DNA of 23,617 bases. Origin: Mycobacterium sp. 1245805.9. Lineage in GTDB: Bacteria > Actinomycetota > Actinomycetes > Mycobacteriales > Mycobacteriaceae. Position 1 is the first letter of the stretch. Each line of letters begins with the position of its first letter. A model generated the notes under the pieces. The model had not been told where the DNA came from, searched no databases, and saw only the letters and a program-made list of their open reading frames with translations. Position numbers and translations under genes: made by a program. Shown here piece by piece: positions 8,747-16,355 of this stretch. The DNA lies in the NCBI RefSeq assembly GCF_001672915.1, contig NZ_LZKR01000138.1, positions 1 to 23,617 of the forward strand, in the 5' to 3' direction.

Positions 8747-9661
8747 GTGGACACCGCCCAGGCAAATGGTGGCCAGGCCAACCAGACCGGCACCGCGCGC
8801 GTCAAGCGCGGCATGGCCGAGATGCTCAAGGGCGGCGTCATCATGGACGTCGTCACGCCCGAGCAGGCCCGCATCGCCGAGGGCGCCGGCGCCGTCGCGG
8901 TGATGGCGCTGGAACGGGTGCCGGCCGACATCCGCGCCCAGGGCGGGGTGTCGCGGATGAGCGACCCCGACATGATCGAGGGCATCATCGCGGCCGTGAC
9001 CATCCCGGTCATGGCCAAGGTGCGCATCGGGCACTTCGTCGAGGCGCAGATCCTGCAGAGCCTCGGGGTGGACTACATCGACGAGTCGGAGGTGCTGACC
9101 CCCGCCGACTACACCCACCACATCGACAAGTGGAAGTTCACCGTGCCGTTCGTGTGCGGCGCGACCAACCTCGGCGAGGCCCTGCGGCGCATCGCCGAGG
9201 GCGCGGCCATGATCCGCTCCAAGGGCGAGGCCGGCACCGGCGACGTGTCCAACGCCACCACGCACATGCGGGCCATCAGCGGCGAGATCCGCCGGCTGAC
9301 GTCGCTGTCCGAGGACGAGTTGTACGTCGCCGCAAAGGAATTGCAGGCGCCCTACGAGCTGGTCCTCGAGGTGGCCCGGGCCGGCAAGTTGCCGGTCACC
9401 CTGTTCACCGCCGGCGGCATCGCCACCCCCGCCGACGCGGCGATGATGATGCAGCTCGGCGCCGAGGGGGTGTTTGTCGGCTCCGGCATCTTCAAGTCCG
9501 GGGCGCCCGAGCACCGCGCCGCCGCGATCGTGAAGGCCACCACCTTCTACGACGATCCCGACGTGCTGGCCAAGGTGTCACGCGGGCTGGGCGAGGCGAT
9601 GGTGGGCATCAACGTGGAGCAGCTCCCGCAGCCGCATCGGCTGGCCGAACGCGGCTGGTAA
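8747..9661 (+). CDS. pdxS: Pyridoxal 5'-phosphate synthase lyase subunit PdxS
   Basis: GTG 8747 is preceded by AAGGAG at 8737-8742. The 304-aa product contains [29 protein letters not shown] and KGEAGTGD, and is near-identical to the PdxS/SnzP core. The track start at 8696 lacks an RBS. Confidence 0.95.
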   Translation: MDTAQANGGQANQTGTARVKRGMAEMLKGGVIMDVVTPEQARIAEGAGAVAVMALERVPADIRAQGGVSRMSDPDMIEGIIAAVTIPVMAKVRIGHFVEAQILQSLGVDYIDESEVLTPADYTHHIDKWKFTVPFVCGATNLGEALRRIAEGAAMIRSKGEAGTGDVSNATTHMRAISGEIRRLTSLSEDELYVAAKELQAPYELVLEVARAGKLPVTLFTAGGIATPADAAMMMQLGAEGVFVGSGIFKSGAPEHRAAAIVKATTFYDDPDVLAKVSRGLGEAMVGINVEQLPQPHRLAERGW

Positions 9662-9670
9662 GAACAGTCC

Positions 9671-10516
9671 GTGTCGATCGAGAAGATCCTTGATCTCGAG
9701 CAGCTCGAGGTCAACATCTATCGCGGAAACGTGTTCAGCCCGGACTCGGGATATTTTCAGCGCACGTTCGGCGGCCACGTAGCGGGGCAGTCCCTGGTGT
9801 CGGCGGTGCGCACCGTCGACCCGCATTTCCTGGTGCACTCGCTGCATGGCTACTTCCTGCGGCCCGGGGACGCCACGGCGTCGACGGTCTTCATCGTCGA
9901 ACGCATCCGCGACGGCGGCTCGTTCTGCACCCGCCGCGTCAACGCCATCCAGCACGGCGAAACCATCTTCTCCATGTCGGCGTCGTTCCAGACCGACCAG
10001 GAGGGCATCAACCACCAGGACGCGATGCCCGCGGCGCCGCCGCCGGACGGCCTGCCGGGGTTGAGCTCGATCAAGGTGTTCGACGACGCCGGGTTCAAGC
10101 AGTTCGAGGAGTGGGACGTGCGGATCGTGCCGCGGGAGCGCGTGGAGCGGCTGCCCGGCAAGGCCTCGCAGCAGCAGGTGTGGTTTCGCCACCGCGACCC
10201 GCTGCCCGACGACCCGGTGCTGCACATCTGCGCGTTGGCCTACATGAGCGACCTCACCCTGTTGGGTTCAGCGCAGGTCACCCACCTCGACGAACGCGCG
10301 CACCTGCAGGTGGCCTCGCTCGACCACGCGATGTGGTTCATGCGGGTGTTCCGGGCCGACGAATGGTTGCTCTACGACCAGTCCTCGCCGTCGGCCTGCG
10401 GCGGTCGCGCGCTGTGCCAGGGCAAGATCTTCAACCAGTACGGCGAGATGGTCGCCGCGGTCATGCAGGAGGGTCTGACCCGCTTCCCGCGCGGATACCA
10501 GCCGCACAAGCAATGA
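9671..10516 (+). CDS. tesB2: Acyl-CoA thioesterase II (double hotdog)
   Basis: 281-aa ORF with GTG 9671 lying 9 nt after the pdxS stop. The N-terminus [14 protein letters not shown], then GGHVAGQSL and a C-terminal second hotdog repeat, are typical of TesB. Its position matches Rv2605c. Confidence 0.9.
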   Translation: MSIEKILDLEQLEVNIYRGNVFSPDSGYFQRTFGGHVAGQSLVSAVRTVDPHFLVHSLHGYFLRPGDATASTVFIVERIRDGGSFCTRRVNAIQHGETIFSMSASFQTDQEGINHQDAMPAAPPPDGLPGLSSIKVFDDAGFKQFEEWDVRIVPRERVERLPGKASQQQVWFRHRDPLPDDPVLHICALAYMSDLTLLGSAQVTHLDERAHLQVASLDHAMWFMRVFRADEWLLYDQSSPSACGGRALCQGKIFNQYGEMVAAVMQEGLTRFPRGYQPHKQ

Positions 10517-10523
10517 TTTCTCC

Positions 10524-11120
10524 GTGAGCGCGCCGAAGATCGGGGTCCTGGCCCTGCAGGGCGACACCCGCGAGCATCTGGCGGCGCTGCGCGAGGCGGG
10601 AGCCGAGTCGATGCCGGTCCGCCGCCGCAGCGAGCTGGAGGCGGTGGACGGGCTGGTCATTCCCGGCGGCGAATCCACCACGATGAGCCACCTGTTGCTG
10701 GACTTCGAGCTGCTCGAGCCGTTGCGGCGGCGGCTGGCCGACGGGCTGCCCGCCTACGGCGCGTGCGCCGGCATGATCCTGCTGGCCACCGACATCCTGG
10801 ACGCCGGCGCCCGGGGCCGGCAGGCGCTGCCGCTTCGCGCGATCGATATGACGGTGCGGCGCAACGCTTTTGGCCGCCAGGTCGACTCGTTCGAGGGCGA
10901 CATTCCGTTCGCGGGCCTCGACGGGCCGGTGCGCGCGGTGTTCATCCGCGCGCCGTGGGTCGAGCGGACCGGCGACGGGGTGCAGGTGCTGGCCAGCGCG
11001 GCCGGGCACGTCGTCGCGGTGCGGCAGGGCTCGAAGCTGGCGACCGCATTTCACCCCGAGATGACCGGCGACCGCCGCATCCACCACCTCTTCGTCGACA
11101 TCGTCAGGGGCGAGGCGTAA
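10524..11120 (+). CDS. pdxT: Pyridoxal 5'-phosphate synthase glutaminase subunit PdxT
   Basis: 198-aa ORF with GTG 10524 lying 7 nt after the tesB2 stop. It has class I amidotransferase features: IGVLALQGD, the nucleophile Cys in GACAGMI, and the His-Glu pair in FHPEMT. Confidence 0.95.
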   Translation: MSAPKIGVLALQGDTREHLAALREAGAESMPVRRRSELEAVDGLVIPGGESTTMSHLLLDFELLEPLRRRLADGLPAYGACAGMILLATDILDAGARGRQALPLRAIDMTVRRNAFGRQVDSFEGDIPFAGLDGPVRAVFIRAPWVERTGDGVQVLASAAGHVVAVRQGSKLATAFHPEMTGDRRIHHLFVDIVRGEA

Positions 11121-11246
11121 GTCACATCCGTCACTTTCGCCCCGGGACGGGTGGCATGAGGCTTTTTGTCCACCTCATAGCGACAGGCGTTGTCGCTCTG
11201 AGGTGGACAAGAAGGGTGCCGGTCGCTTTCTTGTGACGGCTGTGAC
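11121..11246. repeat. Nested inverted-repeat element: 14-nt terminal inverted repeats enclosing a central long hairpin
   Basis: GTCACATCCGTCAC (11121-11134) matches the reverse complement of GTGACGGCTGTGAC (11233-11246) at 13 of 14 positions. Each arm is itself GTCAC-N4-GTCAC. The element starts immediately after the pdxT TAA. Confidence 0.7.
11162..11214. repeat. Long near-perfect palindrome / RNA hairpin (possible factor-independent terminator or operator)
   Basis: The core is TTGTCCACCTCA-T-AGCGACA-GGCGT-TGTCGCT-C-TGAGGTGGACAA at 11166-11210: 19 bp, one T/C mismatch, 5-nt loop. CTTT/GAAG extends it to about 23 bp. There is no 3' U-tract on the plus strand; the T5 run lies 5' of the stem. 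Confidence 0.8.
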
Positions 11247-11294
11247 TGCAGAGACCGCGGGGAGCGCCGGGGCCGTCGGCGCCCACCGCCCACG

Positions 11295-11300
11295 TAGACT
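11295..11300 (+). promoter_or_regulatory. Candidate -10 hexamer for the yebC-family gene
   Basis: TAGACT fits TANNNT and lies 41 nt upstream of ATG 11341, with a purine-rich GAGAAGAGG RBS region in between. Confidence 0.3.
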
Positions 11301-11340
11301 CGTTGGGCGAGTTATCAAGCGAGAAGAGGTAAGAACACCG

Positions 11341-12096
11341 ATGAGCGGCCATTCCAAGTGGGCCACCACCAAGCACCAGAAGGCCGTCAAGGACGCCCGC
11401 CGCGGCAAGGAGTTCGCCCGGCTGATCAAGAACATCGAGGTCGCGGCCCGCACCGGCGGCGGTGATCCGGCCGGCAACCCGACGCTCTACGACGCGATCC
11501 AGAAGGCCAAGAAGACGTCGGTGCCCAACGACAACATCGAGCGCGCCCGCAAGCGCGGGGCCGGCGAGGAGGCCGGCGGCGCCGACTGGCAAACCATCAC
11601 CTACGAGGGCTACGCCCCCAACGGCGTGGCGGTGCTGATCGAGTGCCTGACCGACAACCGCAACCGCGCCGCCAGCGAGGTGCGGGTGGCGATGACACGC
11701 AACGGCGGCACCATGGCCGACCCCGGCTCGGTGGCCTACCTGTTCTCCCGCAAGGGCGTGGTCACGCTGGAGAAGAACGGCCTGACCGAAGACGACGTGC
11801 TGACCGCCGTGCTCGACGCCGGCGCCGAGGACGTCAACGACCTGGGCGACAGCTTCGAGATCATCTCCGAGCCGACCGACCTTGTCGCGGTGCGCACCGC
11901 GCTGCAGGACGCCGGCATCGACTACGAGTCGGCCGAGGCCAGTTTCCAGCCGTCGGTCAGCGTTCCCGTCGACCTGGACGGCGCCCGCAAGGTGTTCAAG
12001 CTCGTCGATGCGCTGGAGGACAGCGACGACGTGCAGAACGTCTACACCAACGTCGACGTCTCCGACGAGGTGCTGGCCGCGCTCGACGACGAGTGA
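11341..12096 (+). CDS. yebC: YebC/PmpR-family protein (Rv2603c-like)
   Basis: ATG 11341 gives [37 protein letters not shown], the canonical YebC N-terminus. The product is 251 aa. The track start at 11203 crosses the intergenic hairpin region and was rejected. Confidence 0.93.
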   Translation: MSGHSKWATTKHQKAVKDARRGKEFARLIKNIEVAARTGGGDPAGNPTLYDAIQKAKKTSVPNDNIERARKRGAGEEAGGADWQTITYEGYAPNGVAVLIECLTDNRNRAASEVRVAMTRNGGTMADPGSVAYLFSRKGVVTLEKNGLTEDDVLTAVLDAGAEDVNDLGDSFEIISEPTDLVAVRTALQDAGIDYESAEASFQPSVSVPVDLDGARKVFKLVDALEDSDDVQNVYTNVDVSDEVLAALDDE

Positions 12097-12713
12097 CCGA
12101 GCCGCCCGTCGTCAACCATCACGCCGACCACCCGGGCTTCGGCGGCCCGATCGGTGTGGTGACCGCGCTCGGCATGCTCGTCACGGGCCGCGGCAACGCG
12201 CGGCTGGCCGTCGACCTGGCCGGGGTGTCGGACGCCGACCGCGTCGTCGACATCGGTTGTGGCCCAGGCAATGCCGCCCGGGCCGCCGCCGCACGGGGCG
12301 CGCGGGTCGTCGGGGTGGATCCGTCCCCGGTGATGTTGCGTCTGGCCCGTGCTGCGACGCGCGACCGCACGACCGTCACCTGGTCCCAGGGCGGCGCCGA
12401 GGCGCTGCCCGTCTCCGACGGCTGGGCGACCGTCGTCTGGTCGCTCAAGACCGTGCACCACTGGCAGGACGTCACCGCCGGGCTCGCCGAGCTGCGCCGC
12501 GTGCTGGCGCCGGCGGGGCGGTTGCTGGTGCTGGAACGCCGGGTGCAACCCGGGGCCACGGGCCTGGCCAGCCACGGCTGGACCGAGCAGCAGGCCGAGT
12601 CGTTCGCCGCGCAGTGCCGGGCGGCGGGCCTCGTCGACGTGCGCGTCGACCAGCGTCCCAAGGGCCGGGGCGTGGTGTGGGTGGTGCGGGCGGACCAGCC
12701 CTCTCAGTCCTAA
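12093..12713 (+). CDS. Class I SAM-dependent methyltransferase
   Basis: GTG 12093 lies in a GTGA overlap with the yebC stop. The product is 206 aa with SAM-binding motif [13 protein letters not shown] and post-I VVGVDPS. The start is uncertain, with an alternative ATG near 12174. The track start at 11643 was rejected. Confidence 0.75.
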   Translation: MTEPPVVNHHADHPGFGGPIGVVTALGMLVTGRGNARLAVDLAGVSDADRVVDIGCGPGNAARAAAARGARVVGVDPSPVMLRLARAATRDRTTVTWSQGGAEALPVSDGWATVVWSLKTVHHWQDVTAGLAELRRVLAPAGRLLVLERRVQPGATGLASHGWTEQQAESFAAQCRAAGLVDVRVDQRPKGRGVVWVVRADQPSQS

Positions 12714-12716
12714 GCC

Positions 12717-14252
12717 TTAGTCGTACCCGTGTCGCATGTCCTCGACGACGCGCGGATTGTCCAGCGTCGACGGCTCGAGCGGGCGGTCCGCGATGTCGCC
12801 GGCGAAGACGGTGGCCGCGTCGAGCACCCGCTGGTTGAGGAACCGCAGCGGGGGAGCATCGGCTGGCACCCTTGGGAGGGGTGCGGCGTCGCCGCGTTGC
12901 GCCAAGACGAACCCCCAGTCCCCGAACGTGGGCACGTGCACGTGATACGGCGTGACGGCATAACCGGCGGCCCGGATCGTCGAGACCGTCCGCCAGAACG
13001 CGGTCGACGTGGAAAGCGGGCTGCCCGCCTGCACGACCATGAGTCCGCCGGGCGCCAGCGCGCGGGCGGCGAGCGCGTAGAACTCGGTCGAATACAGCCG
13101 GCCCAGCACGGGTGTGTCGGGGTCGGGAAGGTCGACGATCACCGCGTCGAATCCGGTGTCCGAGGCGCCGCGCAGCCAGGTCATGGCGTCGCCGATCACG
13201 ACCTTGACGCGCGGGTTGTCCAGCGCGCCGCCGTTGGCGTCGCGCATGGTGGTGCGCGCCAGCTCGATGACGGCCGGGTCCAGCTCGACCTGCACGATCT
13301 TGCCGATGCCGGGCTGGCGCAGCAGCTCGCGGGCGGCCAGGCCGTCGCCGCCGCCGAGCACCAGCACCGAGCGGGCGCCCCCACCGAGCGCGGGGTAGAC
13401 CAGGCTTTCGGTGTAGCGGTACTCGTCGCGGGTGGAGAACTGCAGGCCGCCGTCGAGGTACAGCCGCATGTCATTGCCGCGCCGCGTCACCACGATCTCC
13501 TGGTACGCCGTGTGCCGGTAGGCGATGATCGGATCGGCGTAAAGCCTTTGCCTGCTTGTGGTTTCGATGTCGGTCGAGCGCACCAGCAGCGTGGCGAGCA
13601 GCCCGAGCGCGGCGGCCAGCGCGCACAGCGCGGTCGCCAGTTGCCGCGCGGAAACGATGCGGCGCAGCAAGAAGACGGCCACGATCCCCGCCGCCGCCAG
13701 GTTGATGATGCCGGTGGCCGCCGCGCCGCGGATCATGCCGAGGTGCGGCAGCAGCAGGAACGGCCAGACCAGCCCGCCCAGCAGCGCGCCGAGGTAGTCG
13801 GCGGCGTTGAGGTTGGCCAGCGTGCGCCCCGCGTCGGCCGCACCCGCCGTCCGCCCCCGCTGCAGCAGCGTCATCAGCAGCGGCACCTCGGCCCCGACCA
13901 GGCCGCCGATCAGGGCGGTGCCGGCCGCCAGCACCCACGTCGAGCCCACCGAGCCGTCCAGGAACGCGAACACCGTGTACAGCGCGGCCGCCGACAGGCC
14001 GCCGATGATGCCTAGCAGCGCCTCGACGGCGATGAAGGCGATCGCCGCGTGCGCCAGCAGCGGCTTGGCCAGCAGCGCGCCCGCGCCCAGGGCCGCGATG
14101 TAGCCCGCGACGATCAGCGACGTCGCGACGATGCCGCCGCCGTTGAGGCTGGCGGACAGCGTCAGCAGCGCGAGCTCGTAGATGATGCCGCACGCCGCGC
14201 AGGCCGCCACGGCGGCCAACAACACGGCGCGCCAACGGCCCTGGGACGTCAT
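12717..14252 (-). CDS. speE: Polytopic membrane domain fused to a spermidine synthase/aminopropyltransferase domain (Rv2601c-like)
   Basis: 511-aa ORF. The N-terminal ~215 aa form about 7 hydrophobic helices. The C-terminal domain carries VLVLGGGDG (about nt 13340-13366) and VIVDLPDPDTP, the dcAdoMet/amine-binding signatures of SpeE. Confidence 0.9.
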   Translation of the reverse strand: MTSQGRWRAVLLAAVAACAACGIIYELALLTLSASLNGGGIVATSLIVAGYIAALGAGALLAKPLLAHAAIAFIAVEALLGIIGGLSAAALYTVFAFLDGSVGSTWVLAAGTALIGGLVGAEVPLLMTLLQRGRTAGAADAGRTLANLNAADYLGALLGGLVWPFLLLPHLGMIRGAAATGIINLAAAGIVAVFLLRRIVSARQLATALCALAAALGLLATLLVRSTDIETTSRQRLYADPIIAYRHTAYQEIVVTRRGNDMRLYLDGGLQFSTRDEYRYTESLVYPALGGGARSVLVLGGGDGLAARELLRQPGIGKIVQVELDPAVIELARTTMRDANGGALDNPRVKVVIGDAMTWLRGASDTGFDAVIVDLPDPDTPVLGRLYSTEFYALAARALAPGGLMVVQAGSPLSTSTAFWRTVSTIRAAGYAVTPYHVHVPTFGDWGFVLAQRGDAAPLPRVPADAPPLRFLNQRVLDAATVFAGDIADRPLEPSTLDNPRVVEDMRHGYD

Positions 14253-14704
14253 GACACCGCCGCGGCGGTCACCCCTCCCACGGCCAGCAATATCAGGGCG
14301 ACCGCGAAGGACCCCGGGTGCAGCGTGGGCTCGTCGATGTGTTCGTGGAAGTCGCCCGGGATCAGCAGGTGCATCGCCAGCAGTGCGATGCCCAGCAGGA
14401 TGACACCCATCAGCCCGTACACCGCCACGCCGAGCAGCCCCTGGGCCAGCTGGCTGTAGCTGTTGACGATGGCGGTGATGATGACGACGGTGAGCGAGAT
14501 GTACATGGCGCCCGCGACGACGACGGCATTGGGGCGGCGATCGATGAACACCAGTTGGCGCAGCTTCCCGGGCGTCAGCCAGTCGACCACATAGAACCCG
14601 ACGAGCAGCACCGCCATCCCGACGGCGAAGTACAGGATCGTCGCGACCGCGCCCTTGAAGACGGGATTGAGGTCGACATTGCCGATCTCGACGGCGAGGT
14701 TCAT
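14249..14704 (-). CDS. DUF350/YjfL-like four-TM membrane protein (Rv2600-like)
   Basis: 151-aa ORF with four long hydrophobic segments. Its stop overlaps the speE ATG by 4 nt (ATGA). The family assignment rests on recollection of Rv2600/DUF350 and needs HMM confirmation. Confidence 0.8.
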   Translation of the reverse strand: MNLAVEIGNVDLNPVFKGAVATILYFAVGMAVLLVGFYVVDWLTPGKLRQLVFIDRRPNAVVVAGAMYISLTVVIITAIVNSYSQLAQGLLGVAVYGLMGVILLGIALLAMHLLIPGDFHEHIDEPTLHPGSFAVALILLAVGGVTAAAVS

Positions 14705-14737
14705 GGTTGTCTCCTTTGCGGTTACTGCCTTAAGCCA

Positions 14738-15169
14738 TCACTTGGTTCCGCCGGGCCCGCCGGGGGGGCGGGCGGCGCCGCCCGACGGGGAGCCGGGGAA
14801 GAACCCGGGCCCGAGGAATACGAAGGCGCCATGGCTGTATCCGGCGCTCAGGGGTTCGACGCGGATGCTGCACGGATTGTTGCCGTCCGGGCCGACGATC
14901 ACGATGTTGTTGCTGTAGCGCAGGTATTCGCTGTTGCCGTTGGAGGCGCGCGCCTCGGGGGCCTGATAGTCGGCGAGCGTGTCGGCGACCTGGTCGGGGG
15001 ACCCGGTGCACTGGTAGCGCGTCCCGTTCACGTCGCGGGAGTACTCGTGATAGTGGCTCGCGATGTAGGACCCGATGTCCTTCTGCTCCAAGATGATTCC
15101 GAAGACCAGGCAGACGACGGCGGCGACGGCCAGCGCCCCGGAGATCACGAACAGGCGGTTGCGGCTCAC
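14738..15169 (-). CDS. DUF4247-like single-pass membrane protein with a Gly/Pro-rich C-terminal tail (Rv2599-like)
   Basis: GTG 15169 lies in a GTGA overlap with the stop of the upstream gene. The product is 143 aa with the TM helix LFVISGALAVAAVVCLVFGIIL and the tail GFFPGSPSGGAARPPGGPGGTK. The track start at 15466 overlaps the upstream gene and was rejected. Confidence 0.7.
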   Translation of the reverse strand: MSRNRLFVISGALAVAAVVCLVFGIILEQKDIGSYIASHYHEYSRDVNGTRYQCTGSPDQVADTLADYQAPEARASNGNSEYLRYSNNIVIVGPDGNNPCSIRVEPLSAGYSHGAFVFLGPGFFPGSPSGGAARPPGGPGGTK

Positions 15170-15669
15170 GGGCGCCACCGGCTCTCGGTGTGCACCACCA
15201 CGCCGCCCGACTCCAGCGGGTACAGATGCCAGGTCTGCCAGTGCCAGCCGGCGCCGTCGGGTTCGGCGGTCAGCGCGGTCAGCGCGGCGTCGTCGCCGGG
15301 GAACGTGCCGCCGAGCCAGCCCGGTTCCCGCGCGCAGCGGTCGCGAAGTTCGCCGGCCAGCGAACGGAAGGCCGCCTCCTCGTGCGTCTCGGTGCGCGAC
15401 CGCAGCCGGTAGCCGGGGGCGTCGGTGCGGCGCGGCAGGTCGCCGCCGAGGCCGCGGGCGGTGCACGAAACCTGTTCGGAGAAGCGGCCTTTCGCGTGCT
15501 CGACCGCGACCACGTGCGATGCGCCCAGCACGCCGAGCAACAGCGCGCCGCCGTCGGGGTGCTGAAGGGAGCAGGTGGCCAGCGGCGCCGGTGCGGGCGC
15601 GTTGAGCGCGAGCCCCAGCCGTTCCCCGGACACGTCCGCCGGCGTCACGGCGAGCTGATGAAGGGGCAC
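15166..15669 (-). CDS. DUF2617-like soluble protein (Rv2598-like)
   Basis: 167-aa ORF with no hydrophobic helix. It starts 19 nt downstream of the preceding gene's stop and is coupled by 4 nt to the next gene. The family assignment comes from remembered synteny and is not verified. Confidence 0.7.
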   Translation of the reverse strand: MPLHQLAVTPADVSGERLGLALNAPAPAPLATCSLQHPDGGALLLGVLGASHVVAVEHAKGRFSEQVSCTARGLGGDLPRRTDAPGYRLRSRTETHEEAAFRSLAGELRDRCAREPGWLGGTFPGDDAALTALTAEPDGAGWHWQTWHLYPLESGGVVVHTESRWRP

Positions 15670-15688
15670 CGACCTGAGTCCTCTGGTC

Positions 15689-16300
15689 CTATGGCGAGGA
15701 GGGCGGCGGCGCTGGGTAGACGGTCAATTCGCCGGGCACCACGGACTTGCCCGTCGAAACCTCCCAGGGCATGTCCGGGGCCCAGCGCTCGAACGAGAGC
15801 AGGGCGCTCTCGTTGGCGTTGGTGCAGTCGAGGAATTCCATCTCGCCGCCGGCGGGCAGGCCGGTGGTGCCCTCGGTGGTGTAGGACGCCCGGCCGCGCT
15901 CCGTTTCGTGGAACGGCACGCCGTCGACGACGTACTGGTCACCGGGCTGCAGGGTGAGGTCCTTGCGAGTGACCCACATGGCCAGCTCCAGGCGCCCGTC
16001 GTCCTCTTCGACGCTCAGCCAGATCGGCTGGTCGCCGCCCTCCAGCAGGTGCTCCCACCACACGAACGGGCCCTCGCGGAACGTTACCGAGCCGCGGACC
16101 ACGAGATCGACGCCGCCGTAGCTGACGATCGCCCCGGGCCCGAGTTGGCGGGGCCCGAACTGGGGCATCGCGTTGAACGACAGCGGATCGGTGCGCCCGC
16201 TCGGCCGGGCCGGCTTTTTGGGCCGCCGCAAAGCGATGACCAGCACCACGATCGACGCGATAAACAGCACCGCCGCCAGGACGAGCAGGACTGTTCCCAC
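15689..16300 (-). CDS. DUF4178-like protein with an N-terminal TM anchor (Rv2597-like)
   Basis: GTG 16300 is preceded on the minus strand by GGAAGG with a 6-nt spacer. The product is 203 aa. The TM helix VLLVLAAVLFIASIVVLVIAL is followed by a beta-rich domain (IVSYGGVDLVVRGSVTF...WWEHLL). Confidence 0.75.
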   Translation of the reverse strand: MGTVLLVLAAVLFIASIVVLVIALRRPKKPARPSGRTDPLSFNAMPQFGPRQLGPGAIVSYGGVDLVVRGSVTFREGPFVWWEHLLEGGDQPIWLSVEEDDGRLELAMWVTRKDLTLQPGDQYVVDGVPFHETERGRASYTTEGTTGLPAGGEMEFLDCTNANESALLSFERWAPDMPWEVSTGKSVVPGELTVYPAPPPSSP

Positions 16301-16315
16301 GCCAAACCTTCCATG

Positions 16316-16339
16316 CCACAGTGCTAGCCACAGGGCTAG
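16316..16339. repeat. Tandem 12-nt direct repeat in the divergent promoter region
   Basis: CCACAGTGCTAG (16316-16327) is followed immediately by CCACAGGGCTAG (16328-16339), matching at 11 of 12 positions. The repeat lies 16-39 nt upstream of the GTG 16300 start of the minus-strand operon. Confidence 0.85.
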
Positions 16340-16355
16340 AGCGAACGTGGGCTAT

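Noticed and set aside
8627-9514. N-terminal 296-aa extension of the PPE ORF (track ORF 6965..9514)
   Set aside because: The extension runs antisense through pdxS and has no PPE-like sequence. The canonical PPE N-terminus MNFAVLPPE begins at the ATG at 8626.
11156-11236. 26-codon ORF ([26 protein letters not shown]) through the central hairpin; possible type I toxin-like peptide
   Set aside because: It has no convincing RBS, and any palindrome of this length will translate into some peptide. It is kept only as a remote alternative within the inverted-repeat finding.
11121-11246. Interpretation of the inverted-repeat element as an active mobile element (MITE or IS remnant)
   Set aside because: The element has no transposase and no detectable target-site duplication (flanks TAA and TGC). 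Copy number cannot be assessed from a single window. It is therefore reported as a structural finding and not called a mobile element.
12729-15412. Plus-strand ORFs of 428 aa (12729-14015) and 364 aa (14318-15412) opposite the speE operon
   Set aside because: Their translations are low-complexity (runs of R, G, A, D, Q) with no motifs. The opposite strand encodes proteins with clear TM and catalytic signatures.
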